DNA from: Auanema rhodensis
Taxonomy: Eukaryota; Animalia; Nematoda
Direction of reading: 5' to 3'
Assembly (NCBI GenBank): GCA_964057225.1
Contig: OZ059894.1
Coordinates: 13,268,001 to 13,332,000, forward strand
DNA length: 64,000 bases
Under the pieces are notes generated by a model. It ran no database searches and was not told the DNA's origin. It saw only the letters and a program-made list of their open reading frames with translations. The stretch's first letter is position 1, and each line of letters begins with the position of its first letter. This document shows, piece by piece, positions 28,188 to 38,353 of the stretch. Both the position numbers and the translations under genes were made by a program.

Positions 28188-29255
28188 TTATACATTTAAA
28201 TTTTCTGCATCTATCCATTCATTAAAGTTGTCGGGATATCCACTCCATTTTACAAATACTTGACGTTTACCGCTTCGAGTACGCTCTTTTAAAACTTTTT
28301 CTATATAGTACTGGTTGCTTTTATTAGTAGCCAAGACAAGTTCAGGTTTGTAGAATATTCCCTTTATACGTTCACCATTATAATCTACAAGTTTATACAC
28401 GGTTGGGTTTCCGGTTACAACCTCATCAATTGTGAATAGCTCCATTGTATATCCAGACTCGTAGCTTTTTTCAAAAGTACGCCTATTTTTGCTTATGCGA
28501 ACAGTATCACCAATTTTAAAGCGGCTTTTAACAGCTGGTGCATATTCTTCAATGAATATATTTGCTTTAACATCAATGGGCCGCATTTTAATTGACCGAT
28601 TATAAGATTTGTTTATTCCTTCAACCAAATCATCTAGGATATCAATCCAACGATGATTATTCTTGTAATAGAGATATTTCATCATGCGTGTTTTTAAAGT
28701 TCTATTTGCTCGCTCCACCATTGCAGCCTTTTGTGGTGAACTTGTAGATCCGTGCAGTATGGCAAACTTTTTGAATAGTTTTTCACAATGACTATTATAA
28801 AACTCTGTGCCATTATCAGTAATCAACTGAATTGGTATAAAATTCTTGAATAAATTTTCAAATGCACTAGCAACCTCTATACCACCTTTAGTTTTCAAAG
28901 GCCTAACATATAACATGCGTGTATAAACATCAATCATCGTCAACATGTAAGCATAGCCGTCGTTCAATTTTTTATATTTTTGCATATCAACCAAATCTGC
29001 TTGCACTGTTAGAAATCGACCACATCCTCTAGTCTTTCTAGTCTGCATACGCATTCTGGTTGGTTTATGCCGTGTAAAAGTTTCAGAATCTTGCAAAAAA
29101 TCATCAACTTGTACCTTTGAAATGCCATGTTTTCGTGCTTGCGAAAATAAATTCTTGGCTGATGTATATGAAGCTGGATGTTTTATATCGTAATAAATGC
29201 TCGCCAAAATATCATTTCCATAATCTAATGTAGAACCTTTTACGACCTTGGCCAT
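28188..29255 (-). CDS. Maverick retroviral-like DDE integrase with C-terminal chromodomain (likely start MAKVV at 29255)
   Basis: IYYD..P.SY N-terminus; VQADL, ITDNGTEF, MVERANRT; YYIEKVL..VFVKWSGYPDNFNEW. The ATG is conserved in the paralog at ~45856. Confidence 0.93.
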   Translation of the reverse strand: MAKVVKGSTLDYGNDILASIYYDIKHPASYTSAKNLFSQARKHGISKVQVDDFLQDSETFTRHKPTRMRMQTRKTRGCGRFLTVQADLVDMQKYKKLNDGYAYMLTMIDVYTRMLYVRPLKTKGGIEVASAFENLFKNFIPIQLITDNGTEFYNSHCEKLFKKFAILHGSTSSPQKAAMVERANRTLKTRMMKYLYYKNNHRWIDILDDLVEGINKSYNRSIKMRPIDVKANIFIEEYAPAVKSRFKIGDTVRISKNRRTFEKSYESGYTMELFTIDEVVTGNPTVYKLVDYNGERIKGIFYKPELVLATNKSNQYYIEKVLKERTRSGKRQVFVKWSGYPDNFNEWIDAENLNV

Positions 29256-29928
29256 TCTGTGAGTCTCCTTCTTGTGGTGTGTAATATGATTCGGCGGCAG
29301 TATCAAAAGTCTTTGACCTTTTACTTTTCAGTGTACGAACCGGTGATGGTGAATATCGAATAACAGCTTTACGATGACGAGGCGTTCTAGGTAATATAGT
29401 AGAGTCCAAGTCTGTAACAGCCGGTTCAGCTCTAGTTACAACGTCAACTGAATCATTGTCAGCCGACTCTCTTCTAGTTTGTTTCTTGTTAGAACTAGAT
29501 ACGCCTTTACTGGCTAAAAACTTTGACAAGACTGAAAATCCATTGGGCTCCGTTTTTGTTTTATCCAATACAAAATCTAAAATTTTTGTAATATTCGTGT
29601 TTGGTACAGCCTCATTATTAATCACAAGTTGGTTATTCTTGTTTGTGCGCACCTCTGGAAATTTCTCCCACAAATTGTTATACTTTCTTGGCAACTTGTA
29701 TTCTGGCAATAGAGGTGGATCAGCATTTTCCACTTGTACTGATATGGGCGCATCTATACTTTCTCTATAGTTTTTGAGACGAGCAATCAAGTCTTCGTAT
29801 AGTTCAGCCTTTTTATAGTCGGGTATAGCTCTATTTTCTCGTAAAAGCTTCAATTCAGCATCAAACTTGTCTATATTAATTGTTTCCTCGTCGACAGGAA
29901 TTAGTCGATATTTATGGTTGAGCTTCAT
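29212..29928 (-). CDS. Maverick 238-aa protein (putative core protein) with basic C-terminus and xGxG-type motif
   Basis: Intact ORF in the Maverick gene cluster. The paralog at 45342-45899 keeps the frame. Ends SQNGQGRKRFYIRLWK. Confidence 0.75.
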   Translation of the reverse strand: MKLNHKYRLIPVDEETINIDKFDAELKLLRENRAIPDYKKAELYEDLIARLKNYRESIDAPISVQVENADPPLLPEYKLPRKYNNLWEKFPEVRTNKNNQLVINNEAVPNTNITKILDFVLDKTKTEPNGFSVLSKFLASKGVSSSNKKQTRRESADNDSVDVVTRAEPAVTDLDSTILPRTPRHRKAVIRYSPSPVRTLKSKRSKTFDTAAESYYTPQEGDSQNGQGRKRFYIRLWK

Positions 29929-30233
29929 GATTTAAAACCAAAATAGGCAATACCACATGTAACTATTGTTTTCAATTGTTTGTGTGAAAGCGTTGCCAAT
30001 AATGATTTAGCCTTTTCCGGTGTGCGTATCAAAGCTATTTGACGTAATAATGAAGATATGGGCAAGAGGGTTTTATATTCCTTGTTAGTTAAAAGAAAAT
30101 TATTATTTTTCACAATATTAAATACAATTTCAACAATAATTTCAATTTGTGCAAAAGAAAATGAGGAAACAGAACAAGGAGTTTTGGCGCAAGAAGACAA
30201 AAAGTTGAAATTTGACAAAATACGACCACTCAT
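29925..30233 (-). CDS. Small conserved Polinton protein (PW-like), 102 aa
   Basis: QIEIIVEIVFNIVKNN..L....K.L....LLRQIA pattern; lies between the ATPase and the integrase. Confidence 0.6.
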   Translation of the reverse strand: MSGRILSNFNFLSSCAKTPCSVSSFSFAQIEIIVEIVFNIVKNNNFLLTNKEYKTLLPISSLLRQIALIRTPEKAKSLLATLSHKQLKTIVTCGIAYFGFKS

Positions 30234-30245
30234 TGAACAAGCACT

Positions 30246-30688
30246 TTAAACACTAAACACATTTCTGGCAACATAAACAATAGGGTTCTCCGCTGTTATA
30301 TCAGATAGTATACGCTGCTTCTCACTTGTTAAAGGATGATTGTCAATCAGTAAATGACTATAGGGAGTAGACATTGCATCATCATACGCCTCTAGAGCAT
30401 TTTTGAAACGTGGCCCAAATAATTGCTGCAGACAATTACGTATTTGTAATATATCTGAATGACTTTTCATCAGTATTATATATGTACTATTGATTCGACT
30501 GGTCCTGTCCAGTTGAAATGCCGCTTGCACAAGATTAAACACTGCCAAATTCCAGTGATGAGCCCATACTGTAAAAATGTTGTTGAGTAATTCCTTTGCT
30601 GCTTTATTCGATGAAAAAAAGTTCATCAAATCATCCAGCACTAGTATAGTATTTACTCCCTTTTGTTCTTTTATCAAATCAGGATCAG
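30246..30688 (-). pseudogene. A32/FtsK-HerA packaging ATPase, C-terminal half (5' half deleted)
   Basis: Walker B ILVLDDLM, HHWNLAVFNLVQ, RINSTYIILMK, PYSHLLID. Confidence 0.9.
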
Positions 30689-30748
30689 AGACATTGCATC
30701 ATCATACGCCTCTAGAGCATTTTTGAAACGTGGCCCAAATAATTGCTG

Positions 30749-31511
30749 GCTACGCAATAATAGATATTGTATTGGGCTGACAGACATCATTTTTCCTTGT
30801 TCTATATTAAATGTTCAAAAAGATTTATCTTATACACTACGTTTTTCCAATAGAAAATTTATTCTACACTTGCCTAAAGGCAACTATGCAAATGGTGATG
30901 AAATAATACGCGGAATCAATGCTGGAAGAGAATCATTTATCGCCAACAATACAAAGCCTCTTGGAGCTGAGGAAGAAGCACGTATAAAAAGTTTAATAGA
31001 TAAAGATGAAGATGTAAAAAAATGGTATAATAATCGCCAGGCTGAGGCTAAGCTAGTGGAGGAAATGCTCGCAGACGCCACATTTCAGTTTAACAAAACA
31101 TTGCAGCGCATAGAGTTTGTAACAAGCAAGCGACTATTAATGAATGCAACGCTTGGTGATGATTTTGCATATTTCCTTGGTTTTGAAAATAAAAACATCA
31201 ACGATACAATAATAGCCAGACGTCCCATTGATTTTTCAAATAACATTAATACAATGTATATATATTGTGATATTGTAGAATATTCCATTCTTGGTAATGT
31301 GAAAGCTAATTTACTTGCATGTTTACCTGTTCCACCTCCTACTGAATTTGGTAAAATGATTGCCAAAACATTTAATCCTATTCGTTATGTACCAATCACT
31401 AGACAAACACTCGATACCATACGTATTGAAATTTTAGATGAATTTGGTCGTCCTATGCAATTTAATTATGGTTCTACAGTTGTTACATTACATGTTAAAA
31501 ATATGAAATAA
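30749..31511 (+). pseudogene. Maverick minor capsid (penton) gene, 5'-truncated
   Basis: YCIGLTDIIFP; MYIYCDIVE..LG....LL; F.PIRYVP; IRIEILDEFGRPMQF.YG..VVTLH. Confidence 0.85.
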
Positions 31512-31516
31512 ACGTT

Positions 31517-31981
31517 TTATTCAACAGTTATACAATACCACATTTTTATTTTCGAAGGTTTAAAAGATAGTTTAGGGCAGTTTTGTTTGTCGCTCGGCTC
31601 GTGTTGTGAATGTTCTCCGTCACTATTGCTGCGGCATCTTTCTGATTGGGTTGAATGTACAAACTCCTCAGCTTTTTCAAAGGGTTTGCTGGTATCATTT
31701 CCATCACCATCTTCACCATTCGTTCCATTACTATTATGAATACGCCGAATATGACGCTCACAATTGAATCTTGTTCCAAAAGTTTCACTACAATGAGGGC
31801 ACAAACGTCTACGAACACCATCCAAATGTCCATATTTTTGAATAAAGTCAGCATTGCTGATATAATTGTTACATATGGGTTGAATCCCTGCATGTCTTAT
31901 CAAAACGTGATCACTAAAATGCTTGGTTGAAGAAAATATTTCCTTGCATGTACCACAATATTTGTTACATAAAAGTTCCAT
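31517..31981 (-). CDS. Maverick-borne C2H2 zinc-finger protein (~154 aa)
   Basis: CGTCKEIFSSTKHFSDHVLIRH and CPHCSETFGTRFNCERHIRRIH; upstream TATATAAAAG near 32020-32030. Confidence 0.72.
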   Translation of the reverse strand: MELLCNKYCGTCKEIFSSTKHFSDHVLIRHAGIQPICNNYISNADFIQKYGHLDGVRRRLCPHCSETFGTRFNCERHIRRIHNSNGTNGEDGDGNDTSKPFEKAEEFVHSTQSERCRSNSDGEHSQHEPSDKQNCPKLSFKPSKIKMWYCITVE

Positions 31982-32234
31982 TAGAGGAAAATGAAAAACG
32001 ACCACACGCAATCAACCCACTTTTATATAATGAGCAATAATATGACTAGTGTTGTACAAAAGCCCAATCCCAATGCTATACCTTTAATAAATGGCACTGA
32101 AATACATTTCAACATTCTCCTGTATAAAGGCGCTGGTTAAGATTGCTCCAACGTGTATTTGACACATAATTCACAGTGACAAGGAATATTCATAACTGAC
32201 CACGTAATGTAGCAGGTTATTAATGACAAATTTC

Positions 32235-32690
32235 TTATATAGTAGCCAATTTATAGTCGAATACTTTATGCATAAACGCTTTAATAAAGACATCATCATT
32301 TTTCAATAGTTTAAAAAATGAACAAATGCTTTCAAATGAATTACCAGCCGACAACATTAGTATTACAAATACCACATAGCCACCACAAGTGTATTCAATT
32401 AAACGTTGTGGTTTGCAAGTATTAATTTTTACCTTTTTATATTTGGCCAGATAATTTTGAATGTACTTGTTCATTTTATATCCCAAGCTACAGAAAAAAT
32501 AGGCTTGCTTGTTACGGACAAAGATGACCTGCCAATGTGTGCCTGGCTTATCATGTGTGTCAGTATTTACGACAAGTGCAAAGTTTTTACGACGCGTTTT
32601 GGGTAGAGTATCAGCGCTATATACACCGAGGAATAGTTTCCGAGTGCTGGGGACAGATTGCAATAGTGATACTATTTCAGACGAATACAT
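32235..32690 (-). CDS. Adenain-like (clan CE) cysteine protease
   Basis: FLGVYSADTLP, VVNTD....PGTHW, PQ.....CGGY. Identical protein at 60587-61042. Confidence 0.9.
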   Translation of the reverse strand: MYSSEIVSLLQSVPSTRKLFLGVYSADTLPKTRRKNFALVVNTDTHDKPGTHWQVIFVRNKQAYFFCSLGYKMNKYIQNYLAKYKKVKINTCKPQRLIEYTCGGYVVFVILMLSAGNSFESICSFFKLLKNDDVFIKAFMHKVFDYKLATI

Positions 32691-32741
32691 TTTAGTAGAA
32701 TGATCTAGTGTAACTTTTGTATTGCGCGCGTGCGGTTCGAT

Positions 32742-33194
32742 ATGCCGCACCTCCTTTTGGATGTCAACTCTATTCAATGGACAACACTTTTAAATCAACA
32801 AATGGGTGGCGCCCCATTTAGCGGAATGATGTTTCAACGTGGAATGCAGAGGGGTCATGGTTTGGGTGGTATTTTGGCAACTTTGGCATCATTTCTACCA
32901 CGCATCATTCAATCACCTATAGCCCAAAATCTCATCAATGCCGGAAGAAACGCCTTATCCAGTGCTGTAAGCAATAGTCCAGTTGTAAATTCACCTCTTG
33001 GCGGACAGTTGCTGAAAACTGGTAATGAAATTGTCGATGGGGTGCTGAAAGGCGATAATATCAAGGAAACTCTTAAAACAGCCGGCCGACAAGCTATACG
33101 AGATCTTACCGGCTTGGGCAAACGGCGACGACGCAAAACCACAAAACCTCATAAGCGGTTGTGCATCACTCGTGAGCGGTCGTTTCACATTTAA
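32742..33194 (+). CDS. PZ-like Polinton virion protein (QxGG/QRGxG motifs, amphipathic helix, basic tail)
   Basis: QQMGG..F.G...QRG.QRGHGLGGILATLASFLP...TGLGKRRRRK, immediately upstream of MCP. Confidence 0.8.
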   Translation: MPHLLLDVNSIQWTTLLNQQMGGAPFSGMMFQRGMQRGHGLGGILATLASFLPRIIQSPIAQNLINAGRNALSSAVSNSPVVNSPLGGQLLKTGNEIVDGVLKGDNIKETLKTAGRQAIRDLTGLGKRRRRKTTKPHKRLCITRERSFHI

Positions 33195-33786
33195 ATGGCT
33201 AAATTGATAGATTCAAAATCAGCACAAGCCCTTTTACCTAATATCAACTATGGTGATATACCAGCGTCGGCATTAGGTGTTGAATCCACTCGTACTGTAC
33301 AAGTCCCTTTGAAAAATACGTTTCTTCCTCAAGGACCATGGGAATTTGTTATAGCTCAAAATTCCAAATCATTCCTCAATCTGAGAAGATGTTGGTTGAA
33401 TGTAAAATTTAAAATTGAAACCACAAACGGTGATCCAGTACCAGATAACCTTGTTTTTGCACCATGTCAACAATTTGCTGCCAGTTTAATACATTCGTTT
33501 CATTTGAAAATTGGTGATGTTAGCGTGTATGACTCTACCGTGAATCATGCCTATAAAACATATATCGAGAATATTTTAATGTATAGCAACGATGTTAAAG
33601 AGAGCAAACTTGCCATATCAGGATATTATGCTGATAGATATATAGATAATGCATCCAGTGCTGGATTTAGAACGCGTCAAGCGCTTGTAAAAAATGGCAT
33701 ATTGTGTGAGATGGCTGCTCCCGTCAGTATCGACCTATTTAATCAAGAGCGACTGTTTGTAAACTATTCAAAAATGGAGCTAACTG
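33195..33786 (+). pseudogene. Major capsid protein, 5' part, interrupted by the gypsy LTR
   Basis: Matches 61547-62139 up to GAGCTAACTG, where TGTAATATCC (LTR end) begins. Confidence 0.92.
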
Positions 33787-34243
33787 TGTAATATCCTTTA
33801 ATTTAGATATTAATGTTCCATGATTGACCCTTAGATTGATATGTTGTAAAAGAAACAATAAGATTTGAGGAAGAGAGAAAGATTTATTATAAATAAAAAA
33901 CATTTAAACAATAAATAAATAAAGATAAAGATAAGTCCGCCAACTGAAGATTCAGTTGAATGGCAAGCTTATATAGCGAATGTTATCAGCATTTTCCACG
34001 AAAGGTTATAAGTTGTCAATGACAATTATAACTATCTCAGAAAATGCTGAGGCTGCAAAATATAACTGATAACATAATACACTAAGACAAGAAACTAGAA
34101 TTATAAAATATAAAATATAAAACACAGAATAAAGAAATACATAAAAATTATAGAAAGAATAAAGTAAAGAATTATAAAGTATAACATGCTACCGCTCTTG
34201 AAGTCCTGTGTCCTCACAGGTATGCATAAGGTTTCCAAAATTT

Positions 34244-37200
34244 TCATAATGTTGCAGCAAGCTTTTTGATGAGATCCTTATGTACTTTTCTCATCTTTCC
34301 TTGACTCATTTCCAATTCCACATATGAGTTGTATACGCCTGTAATTTTGAACGGTCCATTATAAGTGGGTCGCAATTTGCCGTGAACCGTCATATCCTTC
34401 AATAGTACCATTTCACCTATTTCAAATATACGTGATGCTATTCGGTTACTATTATTCAGCCGATTTTGTTGTTCAATTGATTTTAATTGAATTTTTTCTT
34501 GAATAGAATCCCAGGTATTTTTCCGGTTCTCATTTCTTTCCAATAATTCGTCATCTTCAGGAGAATTTAGATGAGGTTGTCCTGGTAATTGACGGTCCAT
34601 AGGTAGGCGTGCGTCTCTTCCAAATAAAGCAATGTATGGGCTGATTCCGGTAGTTGTACTTGGGATTGTATTTAACGCGAATGTGATTTTAGGTAATTGT
34701 GAGGCCCATTGAGAGACACGGTTTTCAGCACAAGTGGATAAACATTCCTGGATGGTTCGATGTAGTCGTTCCACTTGACCGTTTGTATTTTTGTGATATG
34801 GCAGAGAGAAGGTTTGTACAATTCCAAATTCGTTGCACATTAACTTGAATTCTTTAGATATAAAATTTCCTCCATTGTCAGACACGATGCTCACTGGTGG
34901 TCCAAAAATGAAGACGAAATTCGTCAGGAACTTTCGGACTGTTTCTTCGGCATTCTGTGTGCGTAAAGGTATGCTCGTTATCCATTTCGAAAAAGCATCT
35001 TGAATAGAAAGAATATATTTAAATCCATTAGTGCTAGGGGAAAAAGGTCCTGTCACATCCATATGAATCCTATCAAATGGTTTTTGTGGGGTAACAAACT
35101 TTCCATATGGTTCTCTCGTTGTATCATGTTGATTTATTTTCCTTTTTGCGCATGTCAGGCATTGGCTGACGATCTCTTTCGCATCTTCCATCATATTTGT
35201 CCAATGGAATCTTCTTGATAATGCTGCATGTGTTCTTTTGATTCCTTGATGCGCTCCAATTCTTGCGTCTTCATGAAAAAGTTTCGCAAGTACTTGATTC
35301 AATGTCTTTTGTTTTGGAATCATAATCCTTGGAGAAAGATATTGTTTGTTAGGTCGAGCATGCAAAACTCCGTCGATAACAATATATCTATCGCTATTAA
35401 TCTGTTTAGGTTGTTCCGTTAACATATCAGCAATAGTTTCCTTAATCCATGGTGTTCCTTGTTGTAACTGAATTAGTTTGTCGGTATCCAGAGTTTCCAC
35501 ATTGGTTACATTTATGAGATAGTTGATGGTTTCTTGGATATCCGTTAAACTTGTTGTTGGCGTTGTCTTCTGTAGCTTCGGTTTAGGACCATCGTTAGCT
35601 TCGTTGCCTATGTATCTGGATAGTGCATCACATACACTATTCATACGTCCTGGACGGTACATAATCACAATATCATATTCCTGGATCATTAACTGATATT
35701 TCGCTAGTCTTCCAATAAGATCTCTTCTACTCATTAGACTGGTTAGTGGTCGATGATCCGTTATTAGCTTAGTTGACGTGCCTAAAACATATGTGCGAAA
35801 TTGTTGTAATGCGTAGACGAGTGCCAAAGCTTCTAATTCGATAGGTGGGTATTTTCTTTCTGTAGGTGAGAGCTTCCTACTTGCGAACGCAACAGGGTGT
35901 AATCCATTTCCTGTATCTTGTAGTAAGACTGCTCCAATTGCAATAGTACTAGCGTCACTTTCAATAACAAAAGGTGCTCCATTTGTTGGTGGCTTCAGAA
36001 CTGGTGCTGTGCATAGAGCTTTCTTGAGAGTCTCGAATGCTTTTTCACGTTCTTCCGTCCATTCGAAATCTTGATCCTTGTGTGTGAGTTGATACAACGG
36101 TTCGGCTATTTTGGCGTAGTCTCTGATGAATCGCCGAAAATAATTTGTCATTCCAAGGAATGAACGAATAGCGGTGACCGTTTTGGGAGTTGGAAATTTC
36201 TTAACGGCTGTAATTTTTGATGGATCAGGTTGTATTCCATCACGACCAATTATAAATCCAAGAAATTTAACTTGTGTAGCTGCAAATTTGCATTTACTTA
36301 GTTTTGCTTTCATTCCTAATCCTTGTAAAGCTTGTAACACTTCTTCTATATCCTCCAGATGTTGTTCAGCTGTGTTTGATATAATGAGTAGATCATCCAG
36401 ATAAACAAAAAGTCGACATTTTACTTGATTTTGCAAATAGCGAACAGCTGATTGAAATGTATGTGGAGCTCCACAGAGACCCATCGGCATTCTGCAATAT
36501 TGATAAACTCCTGATGAGGTCACAAATGCAGTGAGGTGACGGTCTTCTTCACGTAAAGGAATTTGAAAAAATCCCGATACGAGATCGATGTTTGTGAAGT
36601 ATCGAGCTCCTGCAGTGCTGTCGATTATTTCTGGTATATGAGGAATAGAATAAGTCTGTTTCTGTGTGACACTATTGAGTGCACGGAAGTCCGTTACAAA
36701 GCGGAATGAGTTGTCTTTCTTCTTGACTAAGACGACTGGACTTGTAAAACTTGATGTTGATGTTTCTATTACTCCTTGGTCCAGCATTTCTTTTACTTGA
36801 CGTTCAACTTCATCCTGTTTACCCAAAGGAACTCGATATGATCGAGATTTGGGCAGGTCCATATCGGTTCTCAAAGTGATTGAATGTTCTATTGGTCCTT
36901 TGAATAATCCAATGTTCCGATCTTCGTTAAAAAAAGCATTTTTGAATCTTCTCAACATAGTTTTGAGATTTTGACGTTGATTTTTAGATAAATCCGTTGA
37001 TTCGAATTTTAAGTTATCGAAAGGATTCTTCTCAAAAATAGGCAATTTATCTGACCAATCAGCTTCTGGTGGAATATAGTCCGGTATATGTGGGATTCCA
37101 ATTTCTTCTGCTATTTTTCCTTTTCCAATAATGGTGTTTCCTGTTAACTTCACCTCATAATTTGCTGTATTGATGGCGAATATTGTGAGTGGTGAAGTCT

Positions 37201-38353
37201 TGATAGCAGTAGGTGTGAATTGAATAGGTCCATTTCCACATCGTATAAGAGCGTATTGCTTTGGTTGTAGTTCTTTTGCCAATTGTAGACGAATCATAGC
37301 TTTAGTTCGGGGTGGAATAATAGATTCTCTAATGTTTATAATTGAAACGGTGTCTGAACTGATGCGAAAGCTCTTCTGGTTAGCGGATAATAATGGTAGA
37401 AAATGGTTTCCAACTATTAATTGCTTGCGTAGAGCTTGTAGAGAAGTTGTTATTCCTTTTTCTTCTAATGCTTTCATGATGTCCAAACCAAGTAACATTT
37501 CAGTAGGACAATGTTTATCCTCAGAGATTAAAAATGTGTGTGAAAGATGGTATCCAGCAATAACAATGTCCAACGTTATTGTACCCAGAAAGTTGAATAT
37601 TGATCCATTTGCTGCGGTGGCAGAGATTTTAGTTGAGTTGAAATTCTCTTTTCCTAAATAGCGTACTGATGATTCCTTCAAATATGAAACAGATGCTCCG
37701 CTATCCCATAAAGCTACGAGTCCTCTGCCTTCTGCTTCAATTCTTATATATGGGAGTTCTCTTTTGTTCGTTGCACAGCATCCAACAAAAGGTATAATAA
37801 TAGGAATAAAAGTGATGACAGTAGGAAAATATCTTCGAATAGTTTTGTCGTCGGCTGGAACATCGATGTCAGCGTTGAGTAGTTCGTGTTGTTCAACTGC
37901 ATTCACATTTAAGATAGGAACTTTCTCTTTGATATAAGATACAACAATAATGTATAATGCTGATCCAAAGATTAATATAACTATCATAACACCTGCAGAG
38001 ATAAACATTCTGTTGAGGGATCCAGCAAAGAAATCAACTCCTCGTTCCCATAGTGATGATGCAATATTTTGAGTCGAACTAAAAAGTTCGTTACTTTTTG
38101 TAAACCATTCTGATAAGCCTGGCAAATTCGCTTGATTCGTGATAACTCGTAGAAAATTTCTATGAGGATTGGTAGCGAAAATGTGTCCATATGTTAGGCT
38201 TATTGTTCTAACTAAGTTTTCATCGGTGATATTTTCATAAAGATTTCTTTGTGAAAATCGAATGGCTGCTAGATCGGGATACTGATCTGAACCAATGTTT
38301 AAAGAAGTTACGTTTGTAACTCCGTTGAGGGATTTCCATTCTCCATCCTCTTT
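34244..38353 (-). CDS. pol: Env C-terminus (TM) fused in frame to Pol: aspartic protease, RT, RNase H, integrase
   Basis: LWDSGASVS; IDLVSGFFQI, MPMGL, VYLDDLL; ESDAS, ELEALA, TDH; HHCC; IHMD, SDNG, VER. Open and in frame with the env ORF across one TGA at 38354-38356. Confidence 0.95.
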   Translation of the reverse strand, partial: KEDGEWKSLNGVTNVTSLNIGSDQYPDLAAIRFSQRNLYENITDENLVRTISLTYGHIFATNPHRNFLRVITNQANLPGLSEWFTKSNELFSSTQNIASSLWERGVDFFAGSLNRMFISAGVMIVILIFGSALYIIVVSYIKEKVPILNVNAVEQHELLNADIDVPADDKTIRRYFPTVITFIPIIIPFVGCCATNKRELPYIRIEAEGRGLVALWDSGASVSYLKESSVRYLGKENFNSTKISATAANGSIFNFLGTITLDIVIAGYHLSHTFLISEDKHCPTEMLLGLDIMKALEEKGITTSLQALRKQLIVGNHFLPLLSANQKSFRISSDTVSIINIRESIIPPRTKAMIRLQLAKELQPKQYALIRCGNGPIQFTPTAIKTSPLTIFAINTANYEVKLTGNTIIGKGKIAEEIGIPHIPDYIPPEADWSDKLPIFEKNPFDNLKFESTDLSKNQRQNLKTMLRRFKNAFFNEDRNIGLFKGPIEHSITLRTDMDLPKSRSYRVPLGKQDEVERQVKEMLDQGVIETSTSSFTSPVVLVKKKDNSFRFVTDFRALNSVTQKQTYSIPHIPEIIDSTAGARYFTNIDLVSGFFQIPLREEDRHLTAFVTSSGVYQYCRMPMGLCGAPHTFQSAVRYLQNQVKCRLFVYLDDLLIISNTAEQHLEDIEEVLQALQGLGMKAKLSKCKFAATQVKFLGFIIGRDGIQPDPSKITAVKKFPTPKTVTAIRSFLGMTNYFRRFIRDYAKIAEPLYQLTHKDQDFEWTEEREKAFETLKKALCTAPVLKPPTNGAPFVIESDASTIAIGAVLLQDTGNGLHPVAFASRKLSPTERKYPPIELEALALVYALQQFRTYVLGTSTKLITDHRPLTSLMSRRDLIGRLAKYQLMIQEYDIVIMYRPGRMNSVCDALSRYIGNEANDGPKPKLQKTTPTTSLTDIQETINYLINVTNVETLDTDKLIQLQQGTPWIKETIADMLTEQPKQINSDRYIVIDGVLHARPNKQYLSPRIMIPKQKTLNQVLAKLFHEDARIGAHQGIKRTHAALSRRFHWTNMMEDAKEIVSQCLTCAKRKINQHDTTREPYGKFVTPQKPFDRIHMDVTGPFSPSTNGFKYILSIQDAFSKWITSIPLRTQNAEETVRKFLTNFVFIFGPPVSIVSDNGGNFISKEFKLMCNEFGIVQTFSLPYHKNTNGQVERLHRTIQECLSTCAENRVSQWASQLPKITFALNTIPSTTTGISPYIALFGRDARLPMDRQLPGQPHLNSPEDDELLERNENRKNTWDSIQEKIQLKSIEQQNRLNNSNRIASRIFEIGEMVLLKDMTVHGKLRPTYNGPFKITGVYNSYVELEMSQGKMRKVHKDLIKKLAATL

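Larger units (their letters stand above)
25741..33786. mobile_element. Maverick/Polinton copy A (integrase-proximal arm, internally deleted, truncated in MCP by gypsy)
   Basis: Terminus AGTAGAGAGCC followed by integrase, ATPase, minor capsid, cysteine protease, PZ-like and major capsid genes. Confidence 0.93.

Noticed and set aside
31546-31893. Overlapping membrane-protein ORF
   Set aside because: It is an alternative frame of the C2H2 gene with no independent support.
25741-33786. Maverick fusogen or toxin-antidote/protease-kinase cargo genes known from other nematodes
   Set aside because: No such ORF is visible; they could have been lost in the deletions or lie outside the window.
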